From the human T2T-CHM13v2.0 reference genome, Homo sapiens: a stretch of 64,000 nucleotides of DNA. The stretch lies in the NCBI RefSeq assembly GCF_009914755.1, contig NC_060926.1. The stretch is one strand, 5' to 3'. The notes under the pieces were generated by a model, which saw nothing but the letters and a program-made list of their open reading frames with translations, was not told where the DNA came from and made no database searches. Shown here in pieces: positions 28,506 through 43,680 of this stretch (within the stretch, counting starts at the first letter, position 1; the number at the start of each line of letters is the position of its first letter). The position numbers and the translations under genes were made by a program.

Positions 28506-29624
28506 GATGGTGAATCAGTGTCCACAAATGAGCCAAGGAAAATGGCTCAGGGCTGAGACCATGGGCAATGAACAAGTTCTTTGCACTGTTTGTGAGAATA
28601 GAAAGGCTGGACGCAGTCACATTGGGGTTGAGTCCTCAAACTGTAATAAGCACAAATAAAATGATGAAACATAGTAAAAGATTGACTGTTCCCTGTCCAT
28701 CTATCTATCAATCATTTATCTGTTTACCTGTTGCGTGTGTGTAATGTCTACAGCTTTATCCTTCCATAAAATGCATCTGTATTTGGTAATTTTCAAATTT
28801 AATCATTATACGAGCATAATTAAAATATAGGTGTTTACATTTCATTTTAAAAATAAACACAAACACTTATGAGTTTTTAGAATGCACAAGTAAGTGGAAT
28901 ATCTTGATTCTCAATCTCAGATTAACTAAAGATATACTTTGTGATGCGGCAGTCAATTTATATGGTTAAATAGTGTATCATTGAAATGTTTGCACATAAT
29001 ATGTGTAACAACGTTTGAAATAATGAAACCACAAAAGCAAAGGAAATAATTTTGATTAAAAGTGAACATGTCTTTTTGGAAGTTAAAATAATCAAATGGT
29101 AAAATTTACTTCTAATAATTGCCATATTTATTTTTTTGCCTTCCTTTTATTTAGAGACTAGTAAACCTATCCCACAAACTTCTAAAAGCATACAGATGTG
29201 AGAAAAACTGAAACTGAAATGGTCATTATTTCTAAGTGCAGGTTTCCTTTTCAACTACAGCTGGGTTTTGAGCATATCTTAATTAACAAAAAAACTTAAA
29301 GAAAGCTTAGCAAACTTTGAAGGAGGAGGTCATTGCATTAATGTTCTTTCCACCATTCTCAGCAATATCATTTACACCTGCTTCCCTGAGGTGTTATTCC
29401 ATATGCCCCTTCTGGATATAACTATGTAGGGAGTGTAAGAATCTTTGCAAATTGCTTCAAGAGGGTGATCATGATTTTAACTGCCACTACCAATCAAATC
29501 TGAAGGTCCATTTATTTAATGAACATGAATTCATTTAAAAAAGGAAATTACCAAACTCATCATTTAATAACAAAAAGGGAAACAATACAAATAAATAGCA
29601 TAATTAAATAGCAAAAGGCAATGA

Positions 29625-30044
<420 letters not shown>

Positions 30045-30698
30045 TGAAAAGAAATCTATTGAAAATCTCATTGAACTATACACTTATATCAGTGATTTTT
30101 AAGGCATATAAATTACACATCAGTAAAGTGGCTAGAAAAGTTATATACCAAAACTTTTTTCCAACCATATCTCTACTCTGCATCTTCAACTTTGTTCAGT
30201 CTATGCCATAGCACTTTCTCCTGTATCCACCATGTATTGCGTTACCCAACCTTCTGCTGAACCTAAATTTCATCACATTTTTAAATAAGTAACTCTCCTC
30301 TTGGACCTTAGGCTTGAGATAAATTTTCCACTTTTGAGGGATTTTTTTCTAAACTATAACTTCATATAATTTCACCCCTTGATTTTTCTATCCTCTCTTC
30401 TTGTCTCCTCTCATGTCATCTCCTTTCTTCTCTTTCCTTCCTTGCTTCTTTTATCACTTTTATTTCTGGCTATATAGTCAATTCATTTACTCAGAATGTC
30501 ACCCATCCTAATGCATATAAACTGTGAAGGACTGGCACTTCTCTGAGGCTCTGAGGTTACTCTTACTTTCGAATAGAAATTGGAGTTCTTAAGCACTTTC
30601 TTAAAGCTAAAATTAGTAGGAATGGCTATTCATTTCGCTCACGTGAAAAGTGTCAGAAATATCTTGGATCTTATTGAGGTTTTATTTCTCACTACTAG

Positions 30699-31045
<347 letters not shown>

Positions 31046-33322
31046 GCCGGAGACTGAGTCTTGTTCATCTTCATGTGCATCTCCCATAATTGAATGTCTG
31101 GCGCAGTACTCAAAAAGTAGTATTCACCAAATTTTATGTACCCAAGAGTTCCGGAGAAGTTTGTTGCTTTTATTATTGCCCTTGTTCACTGAAGCAATCG
31201 TTCCAAATGCCAACATAGGGTCCTACCTACTTCTTATTCAGTACCGAAGGTCCACACCTATGTGGTATCAAATGATCATTTTGTAAATAATATGATCTCT
31301 GTCACTTTACTAAAAGGATAAATAAGCTGACCACATATGTGAGAAGGAGGAGATGGCAAAAAGCCAAGACTCTTCCTTCTGCTTCCTTGCTCCCAGACTC
31401 TTCAGGACCTTACCCCATAAATTATCATTTTTTTTCTCATCTACTGCTAATTGATCCATCTTCTAAGCAAACAATCATACTCCAAACACTGCTTTTAAAA
31501 ACAATCTCTCCTTAGGTCCTTTCCCCAGGATATAGTCATTTTTCTCTTTTTGTAGCCCTTTTTCTCATCTATCGTTCGTCAACAATTTATCATCAATATG
31601 ATCTATGCTTTATATCCATCAGCTTCAATCTAGCTTTTTCTTCTACCGCTATTATGACACTTCTTGTGAAACGAGCACATATGACCTCTTAATCGTTAAA
31701 TTATAGAGTTTATACATTGTTTCTTGTATTTTGTTTACACTGAATAAATCTATAGAATTTGTAATAATTGCTAAACGGGTGAAATCACTGTAGCAATTTC
31801 AGCCTTGCTTATTTTCAATGGCAAGTAAACCTCATTCTGCATTGATGGTGAATTCGAATGCAAAGATATTTATTTACCATCTGCAATTAAAAAAAAAAGG
31901 TATGGGGGAAATACAATGAAAACACCAAACAGTATTTTTATCTAAAATTACTATAGAGTGGTACAAACAACCATATATCATAAACTACATTATGTTGTGA
32001 AACAGACTGTGATGATGGAAATCAAGTGTATATTAGACAGAAGGGTTATTCTAACTGGAAGGACTGAGGGGTGAGGTCAGGGCTGCTTTAAATGTTGTTT
32101 TCCTTATTTTTTTCCCTGCCTTTATTTTTCTTCTTTGAGCTATTGTTGTTTGAGTGGTTAATAACACTTCTCAGTTCATAGGACATTGTCATCAGGGGTC
32201 TATGCAAGGTTCTCTTATATTTTATGAATTTATTTACTTCCCGTAACTTCATTCTCCACTGGAGAAAATTTTATACAGAAGATCACATAAGACCTGGACC
32301 TGCGTGGATGAATAGTAGGATGTCCACAGAGGAAGTGAACGGTGCTCCAAAAAGAGGGAAAAGGGGAACAGAGGTACCAAGAAGTGATCGTTGCTTAAGT
32401 CTGGGGTTAGTGGCAGCATATATGTCTGGAAAGATTGTTGCAGCAAGTTGTAAAGGTCTTGATATCCTGTGTTAATACAATTGCAACACAATGACGAATT
32501 TTGAGCAAATGGGTTACTGGATCTGGCTCATGTGAGATCATTCTAACAGAGGTATAGAGAATCTATTTTAGAAACTGGGTCAGAACAAAGATAACTGAGA
32601 AAGAACATAGAAGAAACTGGACTGGGGAGATTACTTTGAAGGTGGTTCGTTATCTAAATCATAATCACAATTAAGATTTAAGGTAACATTTCCCATTGAT
32701 ACAGAAGTTTAAAATAAGACAGACGTCTATATGCAATTGATCTTTTCTTCCATACTGGTCCTACAGACCTGATGTTAAATGCTTTTTAAAGTGCTCTTGT
32801 TATCCCTATAAACATTGGAGCTTGGTTTCCTTGGGAAATGTAAGAGCAGAGTTTATTAGTCTATTCATTCCTAGTACTAAAATATAATGGATCCAGTGGT
32901 AGAATGAAAGATTCAGTTTCCTTAACTTGCCATATATCTTTTATTACATTAGTGATGTGTTTTCCTGATATTTGTTTCCTTGTAAACTGTACTTTTCTCT
33001 CTTTCTTTGAATTAGTTGCTGTCAAGGTGAATAGCTGAATAATCTTGCATTAATTATTAATACTTCTTATGCCAAAGCTAATTAATGGTTTTGCACGATT
33101 TAAATAAACTACAGTCTTATATAAAGAAACAGCTACTTTCTTTAGAAAGCTAACACATGTATAAACATGTGGTCATAATTTGAACATATTAATAATGTAA
33201 GTTTCCAACACAATCATATAAAGAGATTAGAAACAAGGAGATCCTAAGTCTTCTATGATGGCATTCTATTAAAATCCAAATTGAAATGTGTGAAAAAAGT
33301 CACTTAAATATATGTGCCTATA

Positions 33323-33385
33323 ATCTATCTATCTATCTATTATCTATCTAATCTATCTATCTCTTTTCAGCCATCTATCTATTTA
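33323..33385. repeat. Imperfect (TCTA)n microsatellite
   Basis: Seen directly in the sequence. Confidence 0.85.
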
Positions 33386-34987
33386 TTTTACTGCCTTCAT
33401 TACCTACAATTTGTTTGTGATTCTCCAGATTCCTTTTTTTCCATGTTATATTTATCAAGAGTTTTGATTTTGGTCTTGGATTTTCTGCGATTTCTTTATT
33501 ATTCTACATTTAATTATTTTTATACCCCAACAGTTAATGTGATAACCTTTTTCTATTAATATCCCTTTCTCCATTCAAGTATTTATTTTTCTCTTTCCTC
33601 TCTGGCATTTCTCTGTGAAGGAAACTTGACAGCTTTCTATCGTGGTGTCTTTATGGTGATAGCACAGACACCCTTTGAAGTTAACATCTTGTTTTCTCCT
33701 GAAGATAGTTTCTACTCCTTCTTTATTTTCTTTGACCCCAGCCCAGACTTCAATAATGCATTGAACTTGCTGTCGCTGATAGTCCTTCTGCTGGTATTTC
33801 ATTGCTGTCTCTCTTGCTCAGGGTCAGGGACAAACTCTCAGCTATTCTCACAAGATTTTAATAGGCTTTTACTGGCACTTAACATTTATAAATAGCAAAC
33901 AACAAATGACACTTCTGTTGCATGTGCTACAAAATAAGGTTTTTGTACATTGAAGAACATATTTCTTAAATAAAAAAATTAAATAATGTCTCTATAACTA
34001 CATAACAGATAATAAGACCAAACCATAATTATATAAATTAATATTATTTGGAAACTTTTTAGAACATGTTTTATATTTTTATGAGTACATGTAGGCTTGG
34101 TTATGCTGGAGTAAAATATCAACAGGAAAACACCAGTGTCTTAAAGCAACAGTTACAGCCCTAGCCAACTGTCCAGGGCAGCTGTCATCTCAGTTTTTGG
34201 CTCACTAGTTCAGACTCCGTGATCATCAAGAGAAAGGTAGAGTGTTCAGGAGGATCCACACCAGTAGTGTAAGGCATTGGCCTAAAAAGGAACAAAGTTA
34301 CTTTCTCTGAAAAGCCCTTAACCAGAATTGTTCACAGGTTTTTACCTAAGTGAAAAGAAAAAATGAAAAAGACACAAAAGGGTAATTCTCTTAAATAGCT
34401 ACAGAAGTAAATAATCAGATATGGATAAAGACTAGAAATTTCTCCCACAACATGATACAATAGATTTCTATTTTACTGCCAACAACATATTAATTCTACT
34501 TTACTCCGTGGCTACAAACTTTGGAAGATGTTATTAGCAAGCATTAGAAGAAGAAAGAGAGATAATTTGTTATGGATGAGGCATTCAAATCTTGATAAAT
34601 ATAAACAAAGTATTTGGGACTAGAATAAATAATGCAAATACAAGGTAAAATAAAAAGGATACATCAGTTAGAGGACAGAACCATTTTGAGAGCTTTTTGG
34701 AGATGAGTGTGGAAAGAAAACAGAAAAAGTGGCAGAGAGGGATTGTATGGAGGTTGTGAATGGTGACTATTAAAAACACTAAATGCTGATATCCACATAT
34801 GCTCATGTCCAGGCAAGCCCACAGATGGAAAGATACTTAGCTGTAGCAGAAATAAGGAATGGGCTGTGAGGTTTACAAGAACAGACCACCCAACACCTAT
34901 GTGAAATGAAAACCTGGCCAAGGACCACAGTCATGAATTCAACTTCATTGTCCAGAAAACTAACTCATGCCTCATAGAAATATTATG

Positions 34988-35104
34988 GAAGCATCCATTC
35001 CTTTTTACATAAAGCCCAATTTTACCGTATGCAAAAAATTTACAGAGCATGCATATGCTTGCAAATAATTCATTTTCTGTGCCCTTTATTTTACTCATAG
35101 GTTG
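34988..35104 (+). repeat. 117-bp dispersed direct repeat, copy 1
   Basis: 110/117 identical to 36572-36688 with no gaps (hand alignment). Confidence 0.95.
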
Positions 35105-36501
35105 AAGAAGTAAAGAAGTGTCACAAAGGAAAGATCTTCTGGGTCCTAACAGGACTAATATCAGTGCCCAAAATGAAAATGCATTCTTCTGCATACCTAG
35201 TTACTGTTTCGGCTGGTGTTTCTTACTTACAGTTAATAAAATGTTAGACATCCCTCTAGTTCACAGGTTAGCCACCCCAGCTCCCCATTCAGAGCTCCCT
35301 AGTGGGAAGCTGTTGAGCCTAAAATTCATGATTGTCAGCCTCCAACAGAGAACTTCCACAGATTGCTGCTGCTACAGCTTCAGGATCCAATCCAAGTCCT
35401 GCTTTATGCCAGTCTGGTGTTTAACACTTAGTCTGGTTTATTACTTCCAATCAATCCTTTTTGGGGTTATGTTAACTGAAATTAGTTTCTGTTGTTTGCA
35501 ACCAAAGAACCATAATTAAGACTGCCCTCTCCACTCCCCACACAGCTGAGATTTTTGCACCCAAGTTGACTAAGAAACTCCTGAAAATAAATAGCAGGTT
35601 TAAGATCCTGTTCTAGAGAGCTGAATCACAAGACATTTAAAGGAGAATAAACAGGGTTCAGTTACTAAATTCCTTTACTGGAGAAAATAGTCAAAAAGAG
35701 AAAAAGCAAACATAACTAAAGAGTTTTAAAATCGATGACATCAGAAGAATGTGGTATAATCAATAGTTACAGGAAGTTAGCCTGTGAATGACTTGTAGAC
35801 AGTCAATGGTATTCACATATGCATACGCTTCCATAAACCTGTTGTTCTTTCTCAACTATTCCACATATGGAAGGGGCATGTGACTCCTTTCCCTCTCCTT
35901 TATTGATTTTCCTCATGGTCACTATTCCAACTGCACTCAGCTAGCGGTAGTTGTCTTAATATGTCATACCCTTTAATGTGTATGTTTTTGTGCCCAAGTT
36001 ATTTCTCCTTCCTTGGAGTGACTTTTCTCCCTTGTTTGTCTGTCACTTCTTAGAATCAGCTGTCACTCTTTGAAATCTCAGAGTCAATAACAAGAACAAC
36101 TACAAAAATGATCACTCACTCACTGCTTTCTCCCTACAGTTCCCAGAACCTACTCCTAGTATTCCATTTGTCAAAATGCAGTTTAGTATTTAGTTGCGTC
36201 TGTTATCTTTAATCCACTGTGACTTCCTAAAAGTGGGGCTGTGACTTACTTGTCATTGCATATCTGGGAGGTACTTGGTACTTGGCACAGGGTGAATAAT
36301 ACTTTTTTTTTTTCCACACAGATGAATGAATAAATTAGTCATCTAGGGTTAAGATTTTTCCACCTCAAAATCTGACACATACACACCTATTTACAAAACC
36401 TTATAGAACCAAGTTTAGATAAAATTAATAAACTGAAAACTATCCTGTCCTTTTATATTTAGGTTGTAAATTCAATGTAGATAATGGATGGATTCTTATT
36501 A

Positions 36502-36554
<53 letters not shown>
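36502..36554. repeat. Compound (TG)n(TA)n microsatellite
   Basis: Seen directly in the sequence. Confidence 0.95.
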
Positions 36555-36557
<3 letters not shown>

Positions 36558-36571
36558 TTTATTTTTTAACA

Positions 36572-36688
36572 GAAGCATCCAATGCTTTTTACATAAAACC
36601 CAATTTTACCCTATGCATAAAATTTACAGAGCGTGCATATGCTTGCAAATACTTCATTTTCTGTGCCCTTTATTTTACTCATAGGTTG
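36572..36688 (+). repeat. 117-bp dispersed direct repeat, copy 2
   Basis: 110/117 identical to 34988-35104. Confidence 0.95.
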
Positions 36689-37867
36689 TACGACTATGTG
36701 CCCATGTGCATGTATGTGTGTGTGTTTTTATACACATAGATGTGTGCACACGAGTCTACATGTTTGAATAGATTTTGAGAAGCAATTGTAATGCACTATT
36801 ATAATTGAAGTCCAAATTGACTGCAACTATGTCAATGAGTGCTGAATCACCAGCCTCACTATTTCCTCCTTGAATAGCCTTTCCGTCATCTCCATTTTCT
36901 CGAGTAATGCTCCCTAATCCTACACTGTACCTTCACTCCCTTCTTGCCTTCTTTCCATTACGTTTATTCTTCACGGAACTGACATCAACTTTATTTTCAA
37001 ACAGTGACTTCGTTTTCAATAAACCAAGCTAGAAAACCCAATTCTGTATGTATTCTGGGCTTGGTTTTTTTCTGATGTTAATTCACCATATTAAGTTTTT
37101 GTCTTGGCTCTGCACAATCTGGTGATTAGCATATATGTATAAAATAGAAAAGAGCTTTTATATTTAATGTACTTTTCATGCGCATTGAAACTCTGGGCAG
37201 AAGATGTGGGGTAAATGCAATTACTATGTAGAGTAGCATGGTAAATCTCAAATTACATGAGAAATTTACCTAGAATTAGATCAGATACATAGATGATAGG
37301 TAGGTAGATAGATACATTTTATTTAAAATGATCGTCATCAGGAGTGAATCTCCAAAACATTGTGAAGCTGTAGAACTTATATTGGGTATTTCTTTGATTG
37401 CCTGTGCTCATCCATTCTTCCCTTTATGCAAGCATCCCCCTCTGGACCTCTCACTCTTCCTCCTCCCACCTACCCTAATGGGAATTACCCACCATGACTG
37501 CAGGCCCTCCAGGATGTGGTTCCCAATTTCCTGTCCCTCAGAGTCTCAACTGCCATTCTCTAGACCTTGTCCCTGACACCTATACTTGACATACTGTCAT
37601 GTGCTGTCCTAGAGTTCTACTTACTCATTATATTCTTTTCAGGTATTTTCTTTTCGCAGGGTCACACTATGTGAAATGCTCTTATCTCCCCTGGGAGCCT
37701 GAAAAATGCAGCTTTATCTTGAAATCTCAGTTCTTCTGAGATTACCTGCTCCAGAAAGACTCTTCCAACTACACAGTGGTTATTTAGATGAAATTACCTC
37801 TATTTTCTGCCTTATCAATTCTAATATTGCACTTGCCATACTGCATTTATTTCTGCATAGAATTTTT

Positions 37868-38225
37868 GTGTGAGACAAAAGGAAAAAATGCACCCAATTC
37901 TCAAGCACTCCCTGTATTCTACAATGTTCCTTCACGGTGTCTGGCCGTTTTGACGCTGAGCTTGACCATGTGACTCACTTTAGCCAGTGGGATGTTAGCA
38001 AACGTGAAGTAAGCAGGGGCTTGAAATGAGCTTGTATATTGAGGCTTCTTTGCTCTTGCCTTTTGCCATTGCCAGGAGAACCTGCCCAGAGGAGCCTGCT
38101 GGAGGATGAAGGACACGTGGAGCACAGCCATGTAGCCCTTGTCATCTCAGCCGTGGCCATCCTGGACCAAATGCTCACCTGCAATGTGTTCATTATACTT
38201 GTTGTGGCAATGCATAACCAATATG
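37868..38225 (+). mobile_element. MLT1H-like MaLR LTR within an L2 fragment (~37350-38345)
   Basis: cttgaccatgtgactcactttagccagtgggatgttagc..ggcttgaaatgagcttg..ggacacgtggagca. Confidence 0.75.
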
Positions 38226-39650
38226 GTTGCTTTGCCTGTATTTTGTGACCTCTTTGTGAGTGAGACATCTATGTCTTGATTAAGTCTCTTTCCCCCATTC
38301 CTAGAACAGTAGTTGATCTATTACATTTTGGTTGAATTGAACCTGTTGAATGCCGTTATTGTTCCTTTCTCAGAAAAAAAAAATGAGTGCTGTATCTTAT
38401 TTCTAACAGGTTTCTAAACAGTTTAGAACCCCTGCTTAAAGGAATTCTACAAAAAATATTGAGAACTGCATAACCTCTTTAGAGTAATCAACATATGCAA
38501 ATAACCAGTTTATCTACCTCTTTAGTGAGCCTTAAACTTTGCAAGAGTATAAAAAATTATATATTTTTTCTCAATAGTCTTCATGTAATTTTCTGCACTT
38601 TTCTAAAATTGGTTGTGGAAATTGTGCCCGGTTTTAGAGTGGGGGGAACCAGCAAGTTTGGAAACATCATCAGTGTTCTTGTTTTACTCGTCTTTTAGTA
38701 AACACATTAGGTCTGGACAAAGTCTAATGTATGTGCAAGTTCAACATAAACTGCATCGATCAATTAAGTAATCTCTCCTTTTCATGTACTTGATAAAGTA
38801 CTATTTCTCATATACATTTTTAGAATAAAAATTACCCATAAATTTGCAAGATCGGCAGGTATAACCAGATAAAGACAGTTTTCACTTTTGTATAAATAAT
38901 GAAAGTCATGCACTCAAGATAGGGACTGTGGAAAGACTAGGAATTCTAGGATTCAGCATATTTGAGAAGATTGCTCTGGCCCCCCTCATGAAGGACTTTT
39001 CATTCAAGCTTTGAAAGATTCAATCTATGCAAGGATGTTTCTCTAAGCTGCTAGTCCAAAAGTAATAAACATCAAGCTTACGGATGGGTGTGGAAACTGA
39101 ATGGCTTTGCTTTTCTTCTGAGGGATTTAATTTATTTTTAATATCACAGGTGGCTTGAGGCGAGGTGTAATCAACTGTCACTCTTCAGTTAAATCATATC
39201 ACCTCACTTCTGAAATATTCTTTGATCTCTCTACCTGTAAATCACGTTCTACTTTCTCTACTATAGACTGTAGCATATAGATATAATAATGACATGACAA
39301 ATTACCAAGAGCATGGAGAGTATGTCTATTTAAAAGATGATTGAAAAACACACACATGCAAATACTAACCCAGACATTTACTTTTTAATGTTTTTCTTCT
39401 TTTTTGACTTGTTACTAGAATATAAAATTATATGAAACACATACTGAAGACAAGTTTTAATTTTTTTTAATTTAAAACACATCAGGCATTTCTTTTTTAC
39501 TGGCTTTATAGTTTAGGCAATATTAACACCTTACATCTGTAATTTTAGCATTTTGAATACACAGTTTTTAATGTACATTATCCATTGGGCAGATCCATAG
39601 AACAAGCTAAAACTTTCCAGATTCACATTACTTTAAAAATATTTTGATTT

Positions 39651-39970
<320 letters not shown>

Positions 39971-40172
39971 TTAACAAATTTTCTGAGGGGGTCATTGGGT
40001 AAAGTATGCCTCACTAGATTATGTTAGGAAAAGTGATGGGACATTAATTTGTGTTATTCCAATATAAAAAGGGCCTCTTTTCTTCCCCCAATCAATCTAA
40101 CTATTAAATCACTTATAAGAAACTTAAATGTCACAATAAGATACCAACTGTCTTGAATAAAAGTCATAGATG

Positions 40173-40499
<327 letters not shown>

Positions 40500-40720
40500 T
40501 TACCTTAAAAAAGTGTAATATTATAATAATCAAAATAGCCAAATTCATATAATTTTACAAAAAAACAAGATTTGCTGAAACGGTGAATCAAAGAAGTCAT
40601 TGTGAAAACAGCTTTAGCTGCATAAATGATAAAATCTAGAAATAGGGATGAGTGTTGTTGAAAAGAAGGCTTCTGTTTATATGAAGAAGGAAGTCTGAAG
40701 AGATAAGGGAAAGTGATATA

Positions 40721-41100
40721 CTGGCTGAGTGTCCTTTATGCAAAACCCTTAGGACCAGAAGTGTTTAGGATTTAAAATTTTTTAGATCTTAGAATATTTG
40801 TATGTACCTAATGAGATATCTTAGGAATAGGACCGTCATCTAAAGATGAAATTCACATATGTTTCCTATACACTTAATACACATAGTTTGAGGGTAACTT
40901 TATGCAATATTTTAAATAATTTTGTGCATGAAACAAAATTTTGGAAAGCAAAGGTTCCACTGTCTCCACAAACCATGTGGACAGTCTGTAGTTGATTGGC
41001 ATCACCATGATTTCTCACTCTGAATTTATACACTATTGATAAGCAATCATCTTCTTACACTTATTCACACATAAGTACTTAACAGCAAAAAAATGTGACA
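40721..41100 (-). mobile_element. Tigger4 (Zombi) DNA transposon fragment
   Basis: TA followed by decayed TIR ctggctgagtgtcctttatgcaaaacccttaggaccagaagtgttt; ctaatgagatatcttagga. Confidence 0.85.
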
Positions 41101-42039
41101 TGGTATTTTCAGCTTATTTTCTAATAAATACTTATTAGTCATATAACTGCTATCCTAATGTTTATGTTGTTAGATCAAAAAAATGAATAAGTATGTTAAA
41201 GGACCTCGGACTTCCAAAATAAATTGGTGGGCATTATTGATGTTTTATTTCTCTGAAGCCTACCAACTCCATTTCCTGATTCTTCATAGGACTTTTTGAC
41301 ATATTGCTTCAAACTCTTAGATCAATGACATATTAATCCCTAGATTTAAAAGAATTATTGCTATATTAGGCAGTATGCATTTAGTTGCAAGTAATAATTT
41401 TTTAAAAGGGGCTGATCAAAAGGGAATATTTATTATAAGGATACAGTCATAGTGGGCAGCAATATACTTAGGCCTCTGGAATGACCTGAGAGAGAGGACT
41501 GGACAGAAGTCTTCTCTCTGTCCTTGTGTTTCTTATCTGAATTCATTTGATTAATCAGTATCTTGATCAAAAATAAACAGCTTACTCTAACTGAGTAATT
41601 TGGGCAGAATAAAGAGACATCTTATACAGACAAGGTATAGCACAGCTCCCTGGCATAAGGAAGACCAAGGAGTCATTTCCACATCTAGGTCTGGAGGAGA
41701 AGGAGCAGAACAGAAAACGCACAGAGGAAAACTGCATGGGAAGGACACCAGCAGGTTAGCGCTGCCCCTGTATCTCAGAACTAGCAGCAGGAATACTCCT
41801 TAAGCTGCCATTTTTTGGACCTTTCTTCCGTTGTCTCATATCTCTTTCTAACCAGAGCTGGGAAAAGTTCTCCACTTTTCAGGGTTCATATGATTTGACT
41901 GAACACACTTAGATGACCCAAGATAATCTCTCCATCTCAATATCATGTATTCCTTTGGGTTCTGTAAAATGCAAATTGTCCTGGAATACCCAATGCTTGA
42001 AGCACTTTTTTATAAAGTGTGGTGCAGTTGTAGTGTAAG

Positions 42040-42780
42040 AATTTAACCCCCATGAGAGCAGAGACTGTTTTCCTTATCCTTTGTTTTGCTGTATCTTCAG
42101 GATTTAGAATAGTATTTGGCACATAAAAGGAGCAAAGTAAATATTAGTTGACTGAATGAGTGAGTGAATGAGTGGAGAGAGCAATGCCAAGAGAGAGATC
42201 TGTAGTTTTGAGAAGTAACATATAGGCAAAGAGAGAGGCTTCATCAATACAGCCCCTGCCATTATCTCTCTCCCGGATTACTTCCAAGAGTCCCACTGAG
42301 TTTTTCTGAATTGCATTAATCTCAAATCCATTCCTCATTTTAAGACTAAAATGGGATTTCTTTTGCCATGTCGAATTATTCACTTCCTTGGTTAAATTCC
42401 AACTGAGGTTTCCTTTTGCCTGTTGTATAAAATCAAGTTCTTACAACACCCTTGAAGATTGGCCCCGAGTACCTTTCTCCTCACATTGTGCTCTGCAGCT
42501 GCATTAAAAATGTTCTCTTTCCTTGCTCACCTCCTGTCCTTTCTTATCTTGAGGCCTTTGTCGGTGCTAATTCCTCTACTTTGTATGCCCTGCCATCTTG
42601 AGACACCCTTGTCTGTCATCTTTGTTTGTTCTTAATACTAAACACAGGTGCTCCACCCTCCACAAAGCTTCCCTTGACACTTAAACTCCAAGTTTGCTCC
42701 TAGAACCTCCTCTGTATAGTTTTCTACCACCCCAGAAGATGCTGCATCTTGTTTTTTGGCTGTGTCTCCTATCAACTTGA
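42040..42780 (+). mobile_element. L2 fragments
   Basis: catgagagcagagactgt...gttgactgaatgagtgagtgaatg 3' end, then a second pyrimidine-rich L2 body. Confidence 0.6.
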
Positions 42781-43344
42781 TGTGGGGAAAAGCAAAGCAA
42801 AATAAAACAAAACTTTATTAGTGCCAGAAAAAAAGAATCATCAAAAGGATCACCCTTTAGAACTATATATTATACTTCCTGCTAATTCATTCCACTTTTC
42901 CCTGAGGAAATGCTATGTACACATGCATGTGTATAAACCCATTGTTATGTTAATTCAACCAATTAGTTTTTTTTTTAATTTATCAGTCTCCTTTTTCCTC
43001 ATGACCATCCCTAAACTCAGAATCAAATTTCCAGCTCAATTATATTTAATCTGGTATATTTCATGGTCTCTACATTTATGGGGTTTTTTTTCTCCATCTT
43101 TTCTACACAAGAACCAATCTAGTATTGGGCCCTCATTTTAATTAGATTTTTATCTTGTTTTTAATAATTCCTATATATGTGCTTTTTTGTAAATTTTAAA
43201 ATCTAATTCATTAAACTTTAAGTTAGTGCTTTTTGAACACCTAGGATTGCCATAAAAAGAAACAAACACGCATAAAAAATTGGGGGGACATAGTTTCTAG
43301 AAAGGAAAATTCCTACCACTGATATTTTTTCTTTTCCGGGAGTC

Positions 43345-43680
43345 AATAACTCCAGCAAATAAATACTTCCAAAAGAACTGTGTTCTGTAATGTGGAAATG
43401 AAAAACAAATCTAGTTAATTCATTCAGAAGATTTTTCTGTACCTGTATTTAGGAATAAATTTGCATCTTTTACATTGGTTCCTTTTGTCATTATTGTAAA
43501 TAGCCTTGGATGGTAATAACCCACTCCATTGCTCATAAAACCCATTTGATCTGTGTTTATCACTTGCTCTATAAGTAGCTCTTCATTTCTGTTTGTTGCT
43601 ATCATGGTTATAAAATATACTACTATAATAGTTCTTAAACATACAATAGCGCTATAAAACAGTATCTTTGGTGGGTATTT
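43345..43680 (-). mobile_element. Decayed ancient L1-clade reverse transcriptase fragment (non-mammalian type)
   Basis: Translation ..YSAIVCL..IATNR..EQVINTDQMGFM..RLFTIM..LFLNTGTEKSSE*IN*.. follows the RT motifs YRPISLL / IHPDQTGF / RLFNI / LSLDAEKAFDRVNW in order and spacing. Confidence 0.55.

Noticed and set aside
31700-33110. Homeobox/FOX-motif-rich stretches that look like conserved enhancers (similar stretch at ~15000-15340)
   Set aside because: Such motifs are expected by chance in AT-rich DNA, and conservation cannot be judged from this sequence alone
35118-35519. 133-aa ORF, the longest non-L1 ORF
   Set aside because: Non-ATG start, no recognisable domain, and it runs into an old LTR-like end (tttctgttgtttgcaaccaaaga)
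39460-39650. Possible minus-strand 3'UTR retrocopy (T-run plus AGTAAA-like signal)
   Set aside because: No TSD, no coding part and no parent gene recognised
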